From: Mobula hypostoma
Taxonomy: Eukaryota
Reading direction: 5' to 3'
DNA length: 64,000 nt
Assembly (NCBI RefSeq): GCF_963921235.1
Contig: NC_086108.1
Location: forward strand, 63,366,001-63,430,000
Below are positions 1-12,421 of the stretch, piece after piece (the stretch's first letter is position 1; each line of letters begins with the position of its first letter). A model generated the notes under the pieces. That model searched no databases, was not told the origin of the DNA, and saw nothing but the letters and a program-made list of their open reading frames with translations. The position numbers and the translations under genes were made by a program.

Positions 1-1692
1 AAAATATTCCTTCTGTAAAAGCTACTTTTGAACACCCCTCTCTACTTTCTCTGGTCAATTCCTGTGTTTTGACTCTCTCTGAGTTTCTTGAAGTCCCTCA
101 TTCATTTATAAATCTCATGTGATGAAAATCTAATCTCTTGGTTTATAAAGATTGCCCAGGTTACCTGTTTCAATGCTCCATACTTTTGTTTATAAACCTA
201 AGAATCTCATGTTGCCTTTAATAAATTATCAACCTCCTCCACAATTTACAAATGTATGAGTCCTTCTAATGCGCTGGCCTTCAGTTACGAACACTTGATT
301 TATGGACTCCCCTTCATATGAGTAAGCTTCCTTAATATTAAATTCAAAGGTCCAAAATATGTACTTACATACATGCATACATACATACATTCATTCCAAG
401 GAATTTCATAACTAATTTCTACTTTTAGTATTTGTTCTTTCCTATCAATCTTATATACAGCTGATGCCATTCATTACAAATCTCTGGAGCTGGTTACCAT
501 ATAGGGAGTGATTTTTGTTTATTGAGGACAAAATCAACTTGTAGATATCTGTGTAATCAAACCTGTTTGTTACTTGAGATGGCCTGTAATTTGTTTCATT
601 CTGCTCTGTAAAAATCTTTACTTTGCACCTTTATAGCTCATATTTCATTTCCTCATTTTTGTATTCTATCCATATAATCCTAACATCTGCTAATGTCTCT
701 TCAGTTGTTTAATGAACATCTGAGTTTGGTGTCATTTGAAACTCGAAATACTGTCCTCCTTACTCTCCTGGTTATGAATAGCAATTAATATTGATCCCCA
801 GAACTACTTTATAGTTGTTTCTTCCAAATTGAAAAGCAATTCATCACCTTTCTTTTTTGTCTCCTCTTGTTCATTTCTGTGTATATGATGTCCCTCCCTT
901 CTTTGTTATGGGTTTCAGTTTTGCCAACGATGAGCTACTTTTAACTCTCCTTTCCAATGCACCTCTATATTAGCTTTCTCTCCTATTTTACGAAAGAAAT
1001 CCAAATTATTCAAATAATACATGCACTTAGGAAATCCATGTGGACTGCATTTTTTGTCTCAAACCTTCTAATCTTTAAGTCTTGTTTAATTGAACACAGT
1101 TATTCCACAAAACTGACACTTATGGAATATTTTATGCTTTTGAGACACCCCCCCCCCAAAGTTTTGACAGAAAGAATAAACAAAATTGTTTCTATACCAA
1201 TGATCATAGCTTATTTTATACAGATTAAATTGTTTTCCATATGTGATGTGCTATGCTGATCTTAAGAAATAATGGACTGCCATAGTAAGTCTATGCTGAC
1301 ATTTCTCCAGTCATTGGTCTCGAACCCTGTGGGTCACTCAGCTCAGTACAAGTTTTTGTATATCATAAGAAGAATAGAAATGGAAGCAGGAATAATGCAT
1401 ACGATTGGTCAATTCTGCTCAGCAGTTGCGTGAGACCTGGTTGATGTACCTAATTTTTGTCTGATTTCCCTGGCATTCACAGACCTGTGAGGTATAGCAT
1501 TCCACAGGTTTACGGTCCTCTCCAAATCCACATTAGAATCCCAAACGTTTGAGCTATTTTCTTGAAATTATAATTCTTAAGTTCTGGAATTTTAGTACGT
1601 TCTTGGCACCTGCCCTCTCAATTCCCTTGAAATCTTGTTTTGTTATTTCCACATTTCTCAATATAAAACAAATAATTGTGCACTACTTTCAG

Positions 1693-1839
1693 AGTTTGGC
1701 TTTTCAGAAGATGGCAATTGAAGCTCGACTTGAAGGCCTCAGTTCAAATAAAAATCGGTCCTTCTTAGCACAACAACGACAGGTTACCAGTTCACAGAAA
1801 GCACTTACAGTTGCCGTGGCTGCAGCACCTCCCAAATAG
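1693..1839 (+). CDS. hook1: Terminal coding exon of a Hook microtubule-tethering protein 1-like gene (upstream exons lie outside the window)
   Basis: Acceptor ctactttcag|AGT at 1692/1693; reads SLAFQKMAIEARLEGLSSNKNRSFLAQQRQVTSSQKALTVAVAAAPPK then TAG. SLAFQK...RL...RSFLAQQR matches my recollection of the HOOK1 C-terminus, and HOOK1 neighbours CYP2J2 in human. Confidence 0.82.
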   Translation, partial: SLAFQKMAIEARLEGLSSNKNRSFLAQQRQVTSSQKALTVAVAAAPPK

Positions 1840-2196
1840 AACGACTTGGAATCTATCGAATATGTACGGAATGTGTCTACATTAAAATAGCTCAAGAGTA
1901 GAAAGCAAAATTATGATATACATCAGTGTTTAATAATTCTGCTCCTTCTAAGAATAGGTTTCCTTTCTAATGGAAATGATTACCTTTAACTTGTAAAGAA
2001 TTGCTTTTCTTTTTGAATATAGTAGCACAAAACGGTAAAGGCTAAAGATGGGGGAGAAAAAGCATTTTCTTAAGATTTCTTTGCATTAAGATTTAAATTT
2101 GTATGTAAAATTGGTATATATCATATTTTAAAATAGGTGACAATGTAATCATAAGTTCAAAATTCATTTGTTCTGTATAACAAATTTTCACATGTA

Positions 2197-2202
2197 AATA
2201 AA
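2197..2202 (+). promoter_or_regulatory. Candidate polyadenylation signal in the AT-rich hook1 3' UTR
   Basis: AATAAA about 360 nt after the stop, followed by a T-rich tract; use is unverified. Confidence 0.35.
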
Positions 2203-3633
2203 AGATTTCATTTTTTATTGAGATAATTGCCCTTATTGAGATCATATGAAGCTTAATTATAAATTCTAAATCTTGTTTCTATAGTAACATTTAAAATGCC
2301 TGAGGTTTTATTAGTTTCATATTTTCATTTTTACTACAGAAAATAATAATTTAAACTTGACTGATTATTATTATTGAGTCTTTACTGAAGTTGATTATTA
2401 CATTAATCTGAGTAGACTGCGATTAAGGGATTGCTCAATATTTGTGTTTGTATTATATCAATATAACTGAATAGTTTTTGTAATTTTTGATATATAATGG
2501 GTGTTAAAATTGATGAACAGATTGCATAGATCTCAAACAAATAAGGAATATGTTATTTAAACTTACTTATCTGTGAAATTCGTTCATATTGGATGCTTAC
2601 AAGAAGCAACAAAAAATTTGGATTGAAAAATTGGATTCATTTTTTTTCTGAATTGGACTTGGAGTACTTAATTATTTATTCTTTTATCTCTGGTATTTTA
2701 AGAGATTTTAAGAGAAAACAATGGACAATGTGGATACTTTCTATATTTGCATTTTAAATTACTCTTGTTTCAAACTTAATTGTGTCTGTAGTCAAAATAA
2801 TGTGGTTGTTTTGTTATTCAATTGCCATTAGAAGGTCATTTTGAAATATTTAATTTATACTGGGGCAAAATAGAAGTATGAATTGGTAATAATGACATTG
2901 CATATACCTACAAAAATTATATATATTTTTGTTTGATTTGAGCAACATTGTACAACAATTCTTGACTTGCTTTTGCATTATTATTATAGATAATAATGCA
3001 AATACCATTTCCCTGACTCCAGAACTAAGTTTCTGAGTCTAAAATATGGCTCGGTTACAGATCTGGGTGGTTCATCCTGAAACATGCATATAGTTTGTGA
3101 TATTGCACTAAGTATTACAAGCAATATGTTATAAAAGGTGATTAACATGGGTGGATCTATTTTATGATCCAGTGTGTCCAATTTTAGTTTTCAAGAAAAA
3201 TAACTTGATGAGCTGCATAGAGATGGGGAAGGTAACAATTAAGTTGTTGTCTACAGGCAGGTCCATCTTTTAAATCAAATCAAATTCAATTTAATAATTA
3301 TTCAACCATAGATGAATACAGCAAAAAGAAAATGAGGCTGCTTGCCTCAGAGTTAACCTTTGTTTAACAAACAGTTCCTAAGGCTCAAGTTTCTTGAGCA
3401 ATGGGCAACATGGTAACTGAACAAAAACACAAATGACCAAACCAGTCGGGGAAGTTGATATACTTGTTCTTGAAGAAGACAAACTTAGCATGGGTAAAAA
3501 CGCCAGCTTATTTTTTTCTCAACTGTGTTCAGCACTCCAGCCCGACCGTGTGCATGTGAGCACCTCACCCATGACCCTTTTGGTCCTGACTGACCCACCT
3601 GCATTGCACACTGTGAACTGAAATTCTTTATTA

Positions 3634-6562
3634 TAGAAACATAGAAACATAGAAAATAGGTGCAGGAGTAGGCCATTCGGCCCTTCGAGCCTGCACCGCC
3701 ATTTATTATGATCATGGCTGATCATCCAACTCAGAACCCAGCCTTCCCTCCATACCTCCTGACCCATGTAGCCACAAGGGCCATATCTAACTTCCCTTTA
3801 AACATAGCCAATGAACTGGCCTCAACAGTTTGCTGTGGCAGAGAATTCCACAGATTCACCACTCTCTGTGTGAAGAAGTTTTTCCTAACCTCGGTCCTAA
3901 AAGGCTTCTCCTCTATCCTCAAACTGTGACCCCTCGTTCTAGACTTCCCCAACATCGGGAACAATCTTCCCGCATCTAGCCTGTCCAATCCCTTTAGGAT
4001 CTTATACGTTTCAAACAGATCCCCCCTCAATCTTCTAAATTCCAACGAGTACAAGCCCAGTTCATCCAGTCTTTCTTCATATGAAAGACCTGCCATCCCA
4101 GGAATCAATCTGGTGAACCTTCTTTGTACTCCCTCTATGGCAAAGATGTCTTTCCTCAGATTAGGGGACCAAAACTGCACACAATACTCCAGGTGTGGTC
4201 TCACCAAGGCCTTGTACAACTGCAGTAGTACCTCCCTGCTCCTGTACTCGAATCCTCTCGCTATAAATGCCAGCATACCGTTCGCCTTTTTCACCGCCTG
4301 CTGTACCTGCATGCCCACTTTCAACGACTGGTGTATAATGACACCCAGGTCTCGTTGCACCTCCCCTTTTCCTAATCGGCCACCATTCAGATAATAATCT
4401 GTTTTCCTATTTTTGCCACCAAAGTGGATAACTTCACATTTATCCACAATAAATTGCATCTGCCATGAGTTTGCCCACTCACCCAACCTATCCAAGTCAC
4501 CCTGCATCCTCTTAGCATCCTCCTCACTGCTAACACTGCCACCCAGCTTTGTGTCATCCGCAAACTTGGAGATGCTGCATTTAATTCCCTCATCCAAGTC
4601 ATTAATATATATTGTAAACAACTGGGGTCCCAGCACTGAGCCTTGCGATACCCCACTAGTCACCGCCTGCCATTCTGAATAGGTCCCGTTTATTCCCACT
4701 CTTTGCTTCCTGTCTGCTAACCAATTCTCCACCTACACCAATACCTTACCCCCAATACCGTGTGCTTTAAGTTTGCACACTAATCTCCTATGTGGGACCT
4801 TGTCAAAAGCCTTTTGAAAATCCAAATATACCACATCCACTGGTTCTCCCCTATCCACTCTACTAGTTACATCCTCAAAAAATTCTATGAGATTCGTCAG
4901 ACATGATTTTCCTTTCACAAATCCATGCTGACTTTGTCCGATCATTTCACCGCTTTCCAAATGTGCTGTTATCACATCCTTGATAACTGACTCCAGCAGT
5001 TTCCCCACCACCGACATTAGGCTAACCGGCCTATAATTCCCCGGTTTCTCTCTCCCTCCTTTTTTAAAAAGTGGGGTTACATTAGCCACCCTCCAATCCT
5101 CAGGAACTAGTCCAGAATCTAACGAGTTTTGAAAAATTATCACTAATGCATCCACTATTTCTTGGGCCACTTCCTTAAGCACTCTGGGATGCAGACCATC
5201 TGGCCCCGGGGATTTATCTGCCTTCAATCCCTTCAATTTACCTAACACCACTTCCCTACTAACATGTATTTCGCTCAGTTCCTCCATCTCACTGGACCTT
5301 CTGTCCCTTACTATTTCTGGAAGATTATTTATGTCCTCCTTAGTGAAGACAGAACCAAAGTAATTATTCAATTGGTCTGCCATGTCCTTGCTCCCCATAA
5401 TCAATTCACCTGTTTCTGTCTGCAAAGGACCTACATTTGTCTTTACCAGTCTTTTCCTTTTTACATATCTATAAAAGCTTTTACAGTCTGTTTTTATGTT
5501 CCCTGCCAGTTTTCTCTCATAATCTTTTTTCCCCTTCCTAATTAAGCCCTTTGTCCTCCTCTGCTGAACTCTGAATTTTTCCCAGTCCTCAGGTGAGCCA
5601 CTTTCTCTGGCTAATTTGTATGCTACTTCTTTGGAATTGATACTATCCCTAATTTCTCTTGTCAGCCACGGGTGCACTACCTTCCTTGATTTATTCTTTT
5701 GCCAAACTGGGATGAACAATTGTTGTAGTTCATCCATGCAACCTTTAAATGCCTGCCATTGCATATCCACCGTCAATCCTTGAAGTGTCATTTGCCAGTC
5801 TATCTTAGCTAATTCACGTCTCATACCTTCAAAGTTACCCCTCTTTAAGTTCAGAACCTTTGTTTCTGAATTAACTATGTCACTCTCCATGTTAATGAAG
5901 AATTCCACCATATTATGGTCACTCTTACCCAAGGGGCCTCTCACGACAAGATCGCTAATTAACCCTTCCTCATTGCTCAAAACCCAGTCCAGAATAGCCT
6001 GCTCTCTAGTTGGTTCCTCGACATGTTGGTTCAAAAAACCATCCCGCATACATTCCAAGAAATCCTCTTCCTCAGCACCTTTACCAATTTGGTTCACCCA
6101 GTCTACATGTAGATTGAAGTCACCCATTATAACTGCTGTTCCTTTATTGCACACATTTCTAATTTCCTGTTTAATACCATCTCCGACCTCACTACTACTG
6201 TTAGGTGGCCTGTACACAACTCCCACCAGCGTCTTCTGCCCCTTAGTGTTACGCAGCTCTACCCATATCGATTCCACATCTTCCCGGCTTATGTCCTTCC
6301 TTTCTATTGCGTTAATCTCTTTTTTAACCAGCAACGCCACCCCACCTCCCCTTCCTTCATGTCTATCCCTCCTGAATATTGAATATCCCTGAACGTTGAG
6401 CTCCCATCCCTGGTCACCCTGGAGCCATGTCTCTGTGATCCCAACTATATCATAATCATTAATAACAATCTGCACTTTCAATTCATCCACCTTATTACGA
6501 ATGCTCCTTGCATTGACACATAAAGCCTTCAGGCGCTCTTTTACAACTCTCTTAGCCCTTAT
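3634..6562 (-). mobile_element. CR1 LINE, young family A, 5'-truncated; ORF2 (APE endonuclease + RT) broken by one nonsense codon
   Basis: ORFs 4733-6610 and 3731-4732 are in frame across a TAG at 4733-4735 (TGG in the sister copy). Motifs VNARS, ITETW, GDFN, KSDH, KSPGPDG, YLDFQKAFD, QGSVLGP, KFADD; (TTTCTATG)n 3' tail ending near 3634. Confidence 0.95.
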
Positions 6563-6837
6563 GTATGCACGTAGTAACAAAAACGTGTTTGGAATGAAAG
6601 GAGTAATCATGCTTCACTTCACACTAAGCAAATCCAGGTCAGCTAGGAGCAGACTGATGTGGAACATCATGCAGCAAAAGAATCAGCAGCCAGACTTGAG
6701 TAGGAGTTGAGTTGGACATCGGCATGGGTTTATTATTGTTGTATATTGAGATATGATTAAAAGCTTTTATTTTGCATTTGATCCAAACAGATAATGAAAT
6801 GCATAATTACAATGAGGCAGTTAAAATTGGTTGTGAG

Positions 6838-7547
6838 AAACTATAGAAAGGTTGCAGAGGAGATTTACAAGGATGTTGCCTGGAGTGGGGGGCATGTCTT
6901 ATGAGAATAGGTTGAGTGAACTTGGCCATTTCTCCTTAGAGTGACGGAGGATGAGAGATGACCCGATAAAGCTATATAAGATGGTACTTTATACTTTATT
7001 GTCGCCAAACAATTGATATTAGAACGTACAATCATCACAGCGATATTTGTTCTGGCGCTTCCTGCTCCTGGATTACAAATATTAAATATTAAAAGTAGTA
7101 AAAATTAGTAAATATCAAAATTTTAAATTGTAAATCATAAATAGAAAAATGGAAAGTAAGGTCGTACAAAAAAACCGAGAGGCAGGTCCGGATATTTAGA
7201 AGGTATGGCCCAAGTGATGAGAGACATTGATCATGTGTATAATCAGAGGCTTTTTCCCAGGGCTGAAATGGCTAACATGAGAGGGCACTGTTTTAAGGTG
7301 CTTGGAAGTAGGTACAGAGGAGATGTCAGGGGTAAGTTTTTTATGCAGAGAGTGGTGAGTGCGTGGAATGGGCTGCCGGTGACAGTGGTTTAGGCGGATA
7401 CAATAGGGTCTTTTAAGAGATTCCTGGATAGGTACATGGAGCTTAGAAAAATAGAGTGCTATGTAATTTCTAAAGTAAGTACTTGTTTGGCACAGCACCG
7501 TGGGCCGAAGGACCTGTATTGTGCTGCAGGTATTCTATGTTTCTATA
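6838..7547 (+). mobile_element. CR1 3'-end fragment interrupted by a short LINE tail at about 6985-7212
   Basis: ERLQRRFTRMLPG-type coding remnant and ttctatgtttcta tail; collinear with the uninterrupted fragment at 35236-35792. Confidence 0.8.
6985..7212 (-). mobile_element. 3' tail fragment of an L2/Rex1-type LINE
   Basis: Minus strand ends ggcgacAATAAAgtataaagta; closely similar copy at 47283-47564. Confidence 0.65.
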
Positions 7548-8048
7548 TCAAAATCTCCAAAGACATTGTTGAGTACATATTTGGGCTGTGGCCTCCAGCT
7601 GCCCCTAAGTTTTCTAAATATATTTCTCAGCTTCTCTGCAAATGAATCATTGGACAAAGTATTGTTTTTCCACCAGAGACTAAGGCACAGCATTGTGGGC
7701 TGAAGGGCCTGTATTGTGTTGTAGGGTTTCTATATTCCTATAACCATCCTAAATCTCCATTCTCTGAACTATTGGCTAGTGTGTGTACCATCAAAAATGC
7801 TATAATTACACACCTAGGCCTCTTTGGTAGCATCTCTCAAATTGTTATTGCCAACATGAGAACTAGGTCAGCAAGTGTATAAGATCACCTCCACCTGCAG
7901 ATTTCCCTCCAAATTATACACTGTTGAGATTTGAAAAATCATCACTTGTCTTGTATCATTGCTGGGACAAAACATGGTCACCAACAGCATGGAAGAATAC
8001 GATTACCAAGAACACGAGAAAATCTGATGATGCTGGATGTCCAAAGCA

Positions 8049-8206
8049 ACACACACAAAATACCGGAGGAACTCAGCAGGCCAGGCAGCGTCTATAGAAA
8101 GGAGTAAACTGTCAACGTTTTGGGTCTTGGACTGAAATATCAACAATTTACTCTTTTCCATGGATGCGGCCTGGCCTGCTGAATTCCTCCATCATTTTGT
8201 GTGTGT
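8049..8206. repeat. Palindromic short element built from two inverted PLE terminal segments
   Basis: 8049-8123 is an imperfect reverse complement of 8132-8206; arms match the gatgctgcctggcctgctg...cagca sequence that follows the hammerhead in the PLE at 27132-27261. Confidence 0.75.
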
Positions 8207-8544
8207 GGTGCTTACCAAGAAGCAGCTCACCAGCACCTTCTCAAGAGTAATTTCAGATAGACAATAAATAAGGTTCATAGCCAGAAAATGGTTTGTTTGT
8301 ACTCAACCTTGGAACTGGATTATCAGTTTCATTGTAGTCACTGGAACTGTTCTCCAATATTTTTTACAGGTGATATCCCAGGGCAGTGAAACATGAATTT
8401 TAAAATAATCTGGCTATGAAGCAGCAAATCTTGAATGAATTTGAGTAATAACTTCAGCAAAAGTAATTTCAATCAAGTTCATTTCCCTTTTTAAATAATA
8501 GGTATTTTTGAAAACTATCACAAATATTAACAATATCTGAAGTG

Positions 8545-9522
8545 ATAGGTCTATGGCAGATGTTATCTCATTGCTTCTTGACACAACCCTGGAACATCTG
8601 GACAGCAAAAATGCATATATCAGGATGCTATTTATCGATTACAGCTCGGCATTTTACACCATCATCCTCTCAAAAGTAAATCAGTAAGCTCCAAGGCCTG
8701 GGCCTCAATAGCCCCTCGTGCAATTGGATCCTGGATTTCCTCATTTGTAGACCCCAGTCAGTTCAGATTAGCAAAATCTTCTTCACCACACAATCTCCAT
8801 CTATACAGGAGCACTGCGGGGATGTGTACTTACCCCACCTCACCCCCGCTGCATTCCAGTTACGCCTATGACTGTGTGGTTAATTATGCCATGTACTAGT
8901 TTGCTGACAACACCACTGTTGTAGGCTGTATCAAGGGGGTGATGATCAGTATACAGGAGGGCAATTGAAAAGTTGGCTGAGTGGTGTAATAGCAACAACC
9001 TTTCACTCAATGTCGATAAGTCCAAGGAACTGATTGTAGAAACAGGAGAGGGAAACCAGAGGTCCATGAGCCAGTAATCATCGGAGGATTATAGGAGGAG
9101 AGTGCATCACAGTACATCACAGGTAAAACCCTCCCAACTATTGAGCATATCTATGTGAAATGTTGCCGTAGAAAAGCAGCATCCATCATCAAGGATCCTC
9201 ACCACCAAGGCCATGCTCTTTTCTTGCTGCTGCCATCAGGTAGAAGGTACAGGTGATTCAGAACTTGCACCACCAGGTTCAAGAACAGTTACCAACCCCC
9301 CCAACCATCAGGGTCTTGAACAAAAAGGGATAGCTACACTCATTTAAGGGCTCTGTTATATTGTTATTTCATGCTCGTTATTTATTGCTATTTATTTATA
9401 TCTGCATTTGCACAGTTTGTTTACAGTTAACAGTTCCTGATGTTTATGGTTTACATTTACCGTTCTGTAGATTTACAAAGTATGCCTGCAGAAAAAGAAT
9501 CCCAGGGTTGAATGTGGTGATG
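8545..9522 (+). mobile_element. Degenerate Rex1/L2-type LINE (RT region and 3' UTR); tail resumes at about 10242-10280
   Basis: Remnant [24 protein letters not shown] frame, FADNTT, WCNSNNLSLNV. Confidence 0.7.
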
Positions 9523-10241
9523 TGTAGCCCCCTGGTAAGCCTCAGGCTTGCTCAGCTCGCTTTCGTCTTGGGGGGCAGTCCTCAGCCCTGCCAAACTGGG
9601 TAATCAAGTTTGTGTAAATGCTGTGTGATGTACCCCAGCATACCAAATAACAGACAGTACACCATATGCAATTAAATGATTACATTTTATAAGTATTTCT
9701 TGGTGATGGGTAGTAGAAACAAATATAATAAAGGCGCCAAGTCAGTAACTCTATCAATTTTGTGCACAAATAATTCATTGGAGCTCTTACAGAACCAGGT
9801 CTCCCTTCCTCCAGTTGATGTCCTCCTTACTCCAGTCGACCCATGAATGGGACCACCCTCGGTGCTCGACCAAACGCTCCACAGGAGTCTGTCCTCGTCT
9901 CCCCTCCCCGCCGAAGACCCTGGGCCTTGGACTCCCGCTCGGGGTCCGTTCCATCGCCCAGCTTACAGCATCGCGTCTCCTCTGTCTGTCCCCATCGCGC
10001 ATTCTCCTTAAAGCCCGCAAAAACAATAGCTTACAGAAACACAAGAAAGAATAACATCTATCTCAATTGGTTCGCAAATGAATACAGTTCTTATTATCAG
10101 TAGTTATAACCCAAACAAGCTGCTAGAGAGAGAAACACTGTCTCAGCAGTTAACATCACAGAGAAGCCACTTTATTTTTAACATAACAAAGAAGCCATTT
10201 TATAAGCCTTTGCAATAACATAAAAGAAGAAACCCCTTACA
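9523..10241. mobile_element. Probable solo LTR (719 bp)
   Basis: Starts TGTA, ends TACA, has no convincing ORF, flanks gatg/catg, and splits the preceding LINE's 3' UTR. Confidence 0.5.
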
Positions 10242-10336
10242 CATGTATGCACTCTGGAAATAATTTTTACTTGGAACATTACTTTTTACTTTGTCTGAAT
10301 GACTGATGTCCTGTCGGATTCATCTCAATAATAAAC

Positions 10337-11562
10337 AAATGCTTTGAGAGGCTGGATAAGGATTACATCTGCAGTATGCTACCACCCACCCTGGACCCCC
10401 TGCAATTCTCCTAACGACACAACCAGTTGACAGATGACGCAGTAGCCACAGCTCTACACACATCTGGAGAAGAAGGATGCTTATGTGAGAATGCTGTTCT
10501 TGGACTACAGTTCAGCACTCAACACCATAATTGCCTCCAGGCTTGACAAGAAGTTCAGAGACCTCGGCCTTCACCCTGCCTTGTGCAGCTGATCCTGGAT
10601 TTCTGTCAGATTGCCGGCAGGTGGTAAGAGTGGGCTCCCTCACCTCTGACCCTCAACACCGCTGTCCCTCAAGGTTGTGTCCTAAGCCCCCTCTACTCTG
10701 TATCCATGACTGTGTCTCCACCCACAGCTCCAATCTGCTAATTAAATTTGCTGACGATTCTACACTGATTGGCCTTATCTCAAATAATAAAAGGCAGCCT
10801 ACAGAGAGGAAGTTGTCACCCTGACACAGTGGTGTCAAGAGAATAATCTCTCCCTCAATGTCACCAAAGCAAAGGAGCTGGTTGTGGACGACAGGAGGAA
10901 TGGAGACAGGCTAACCCCTATTGAAATCAATGGATCTGGGGTTGAGAGAGTGAACAGCTTTAAGTTCCTCAGCATACACATCACTAAGGATCTCACGTGG
11001 TCTGTACATACTGGCTGTGTGGTGAAAAAAGCACAACAGCAACTCTTTCACCTCAGACAATTGAAGTTTGGCATGAATCCCCAAATCCTAAGGACTTTCT
11101 ACAGGAGCAAAATTGAGAGCATCCTGACTGGCTGCATCACTGCCTGGAAGGGGAACTGTACTTCCCTCAATCGCAGGACTCTGCAGAGAGTGATGCGGAC
11201 AACCCAGCACATCTGTAGATGTGAACTTCCCACTATTCAGGTAATTTACAGAGATAGGAGTGTAAAATGAGGCCAAAGGATCGTTGGTGACCTGAGTCAT
11301 CCCAATCACAATCTATTCCAGCTGCTACCATCCGGGAAATGGTACCACAGCATAAGAGCCAGGACCAACAGGCTCCAGTACAGCTTCTTCCACCAGGCCA
11401 TCAGACTGATTAATTCACACTGATACAATTGTATTTCTATGCTCTATTGACTGTCCTGTTGTACATAATATTTATTACAAATTGCACATTTAGACAGAGA
11501 TGTAACTTAAATGTTTTTACTCTTCATGTATGTGAAGAATGTAAGAAATAAAGTCAATTCAA
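10337..11562 (+). mobile_element. Degenerate Rex1/L2-type LINE, RT to 3' end
   Basis: KCFERL, LDYSSALNTI, LIKFADD, KKAQQQLFHLRQL, IESILTGCITAW motifs; ends with aataaagtcaattcaaa. Confidence 0.8.
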
Positions 11563-11720
11563 AGCAATAAACTTTGAAAATATCCAATTAATTAATGATG
11601 GGAGCCTTGCATTGCCATTTTAATGACATGTTATATCTTCATAAACCTTTCAACTTGGCAGGGTTTCAGCAGCATTCCAGTTTTCTTGGCATTAGTTTTT
11701 GCCAAGTCTAATCAAGAATG

Positions 11721-11730
11721 CTGATTGGAC
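11721..11730 (-). promoter_or_regulatory. Inverted CCAAT box in the presumed CYP proximal promoter
   Basis: ctgattggac about 280 nt upstream of the ATG, in the only non-repeat stretch before exon 1; the TSS is unknown. Confidence 0.3.
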
Positions 11731-12008
11731 AGTGTCAAAGGGAAACAAGTTCAGCCTCATTTTAATTCATGGAAAATGACCAGAAAGTACAATTACCTGT
11801 GAAAGCACTTTGGGTTTAAGCCGGGATCTCATCACAATAGTTACAGACTTCTGGATTTCACAAAGGCTCATGAGTCTCTCTTGCTTTCTGTATGATCTAA
11901 AACAGTTAATAACTGAGTGATCTTGTAAGTTGGGTAATCTAAGTTTGGCAGTTTTTCTGAACAGCTTTTTAATCTGTTGGATAGACTGTACAATGGTGCT
12001 AGCCTAGA

Positions 12009-12212
12009 ATGGAAGTTCAGAATCTTTCCTTTTTAAATCTGTTCTCAAGAGAGGTGTGGACCGTTGCAGTGTTTTTATTTGTTTTCTTGATTGTGTTTGA
12101 TGTTCTCCACACTCGTGTTCCCAAGAATTTTCCACCTGGTCCCTTCGGACTGCCGTTTTTCGGTAATACCTTTCAGCTGGACCTAAAGAATCCTCATCTC
12201 CAGTTTTGCAAG
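12009..12212 (+). CDS. cyp2j: CYP2 exon 1 (membrane anchor, proline-rich hinge)
   Basis: MEVQ...VAVFLFVFLIVF...KNFPPGPFGLPFFGN...QFCK then gtaatg. Confidence 0.93.
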
Positions 12213-12421
12213 GTAATGTACAGCATCGAGGAAATTTGTTGAGAAATGTAACTGTGCTTGTACTGCTGCCACAAGACAGCAAATTTCACATTATGTGTCA
12301 GTGGTAATAAATCTGTTTCGTTTTCCAAAAGTATTTAGTAGTTATAAGATAATTGCAATAAAAATGGTGACAAGGTTGCAAATCTGTCAACACCTGTTAA
12401 GAATATACCATTTTATTTAAA

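Noticed and set aside
362..392. (TACA)n tract
   Set aside because: Ordinary short microsatellite.
1..1500. Very old LINE-like remnant and the 957-1259 ORF
   Set aside because: Only faint CR1-like traces with no defensible boundaries; the ORF has no recognisable motifs.
1549..1692. N-terminal half of the 96-aa ORF as coding
   Set aside because: It precedes a clear splice acceptor; only 1693-1839 resembles HOOK1.
11880..11920. HNF1-like or TATA-like site (cagttaataactg) upstream of CYP exon 1
   Set aside because: Partial match in AT-rich DNA with an unknown TSS.
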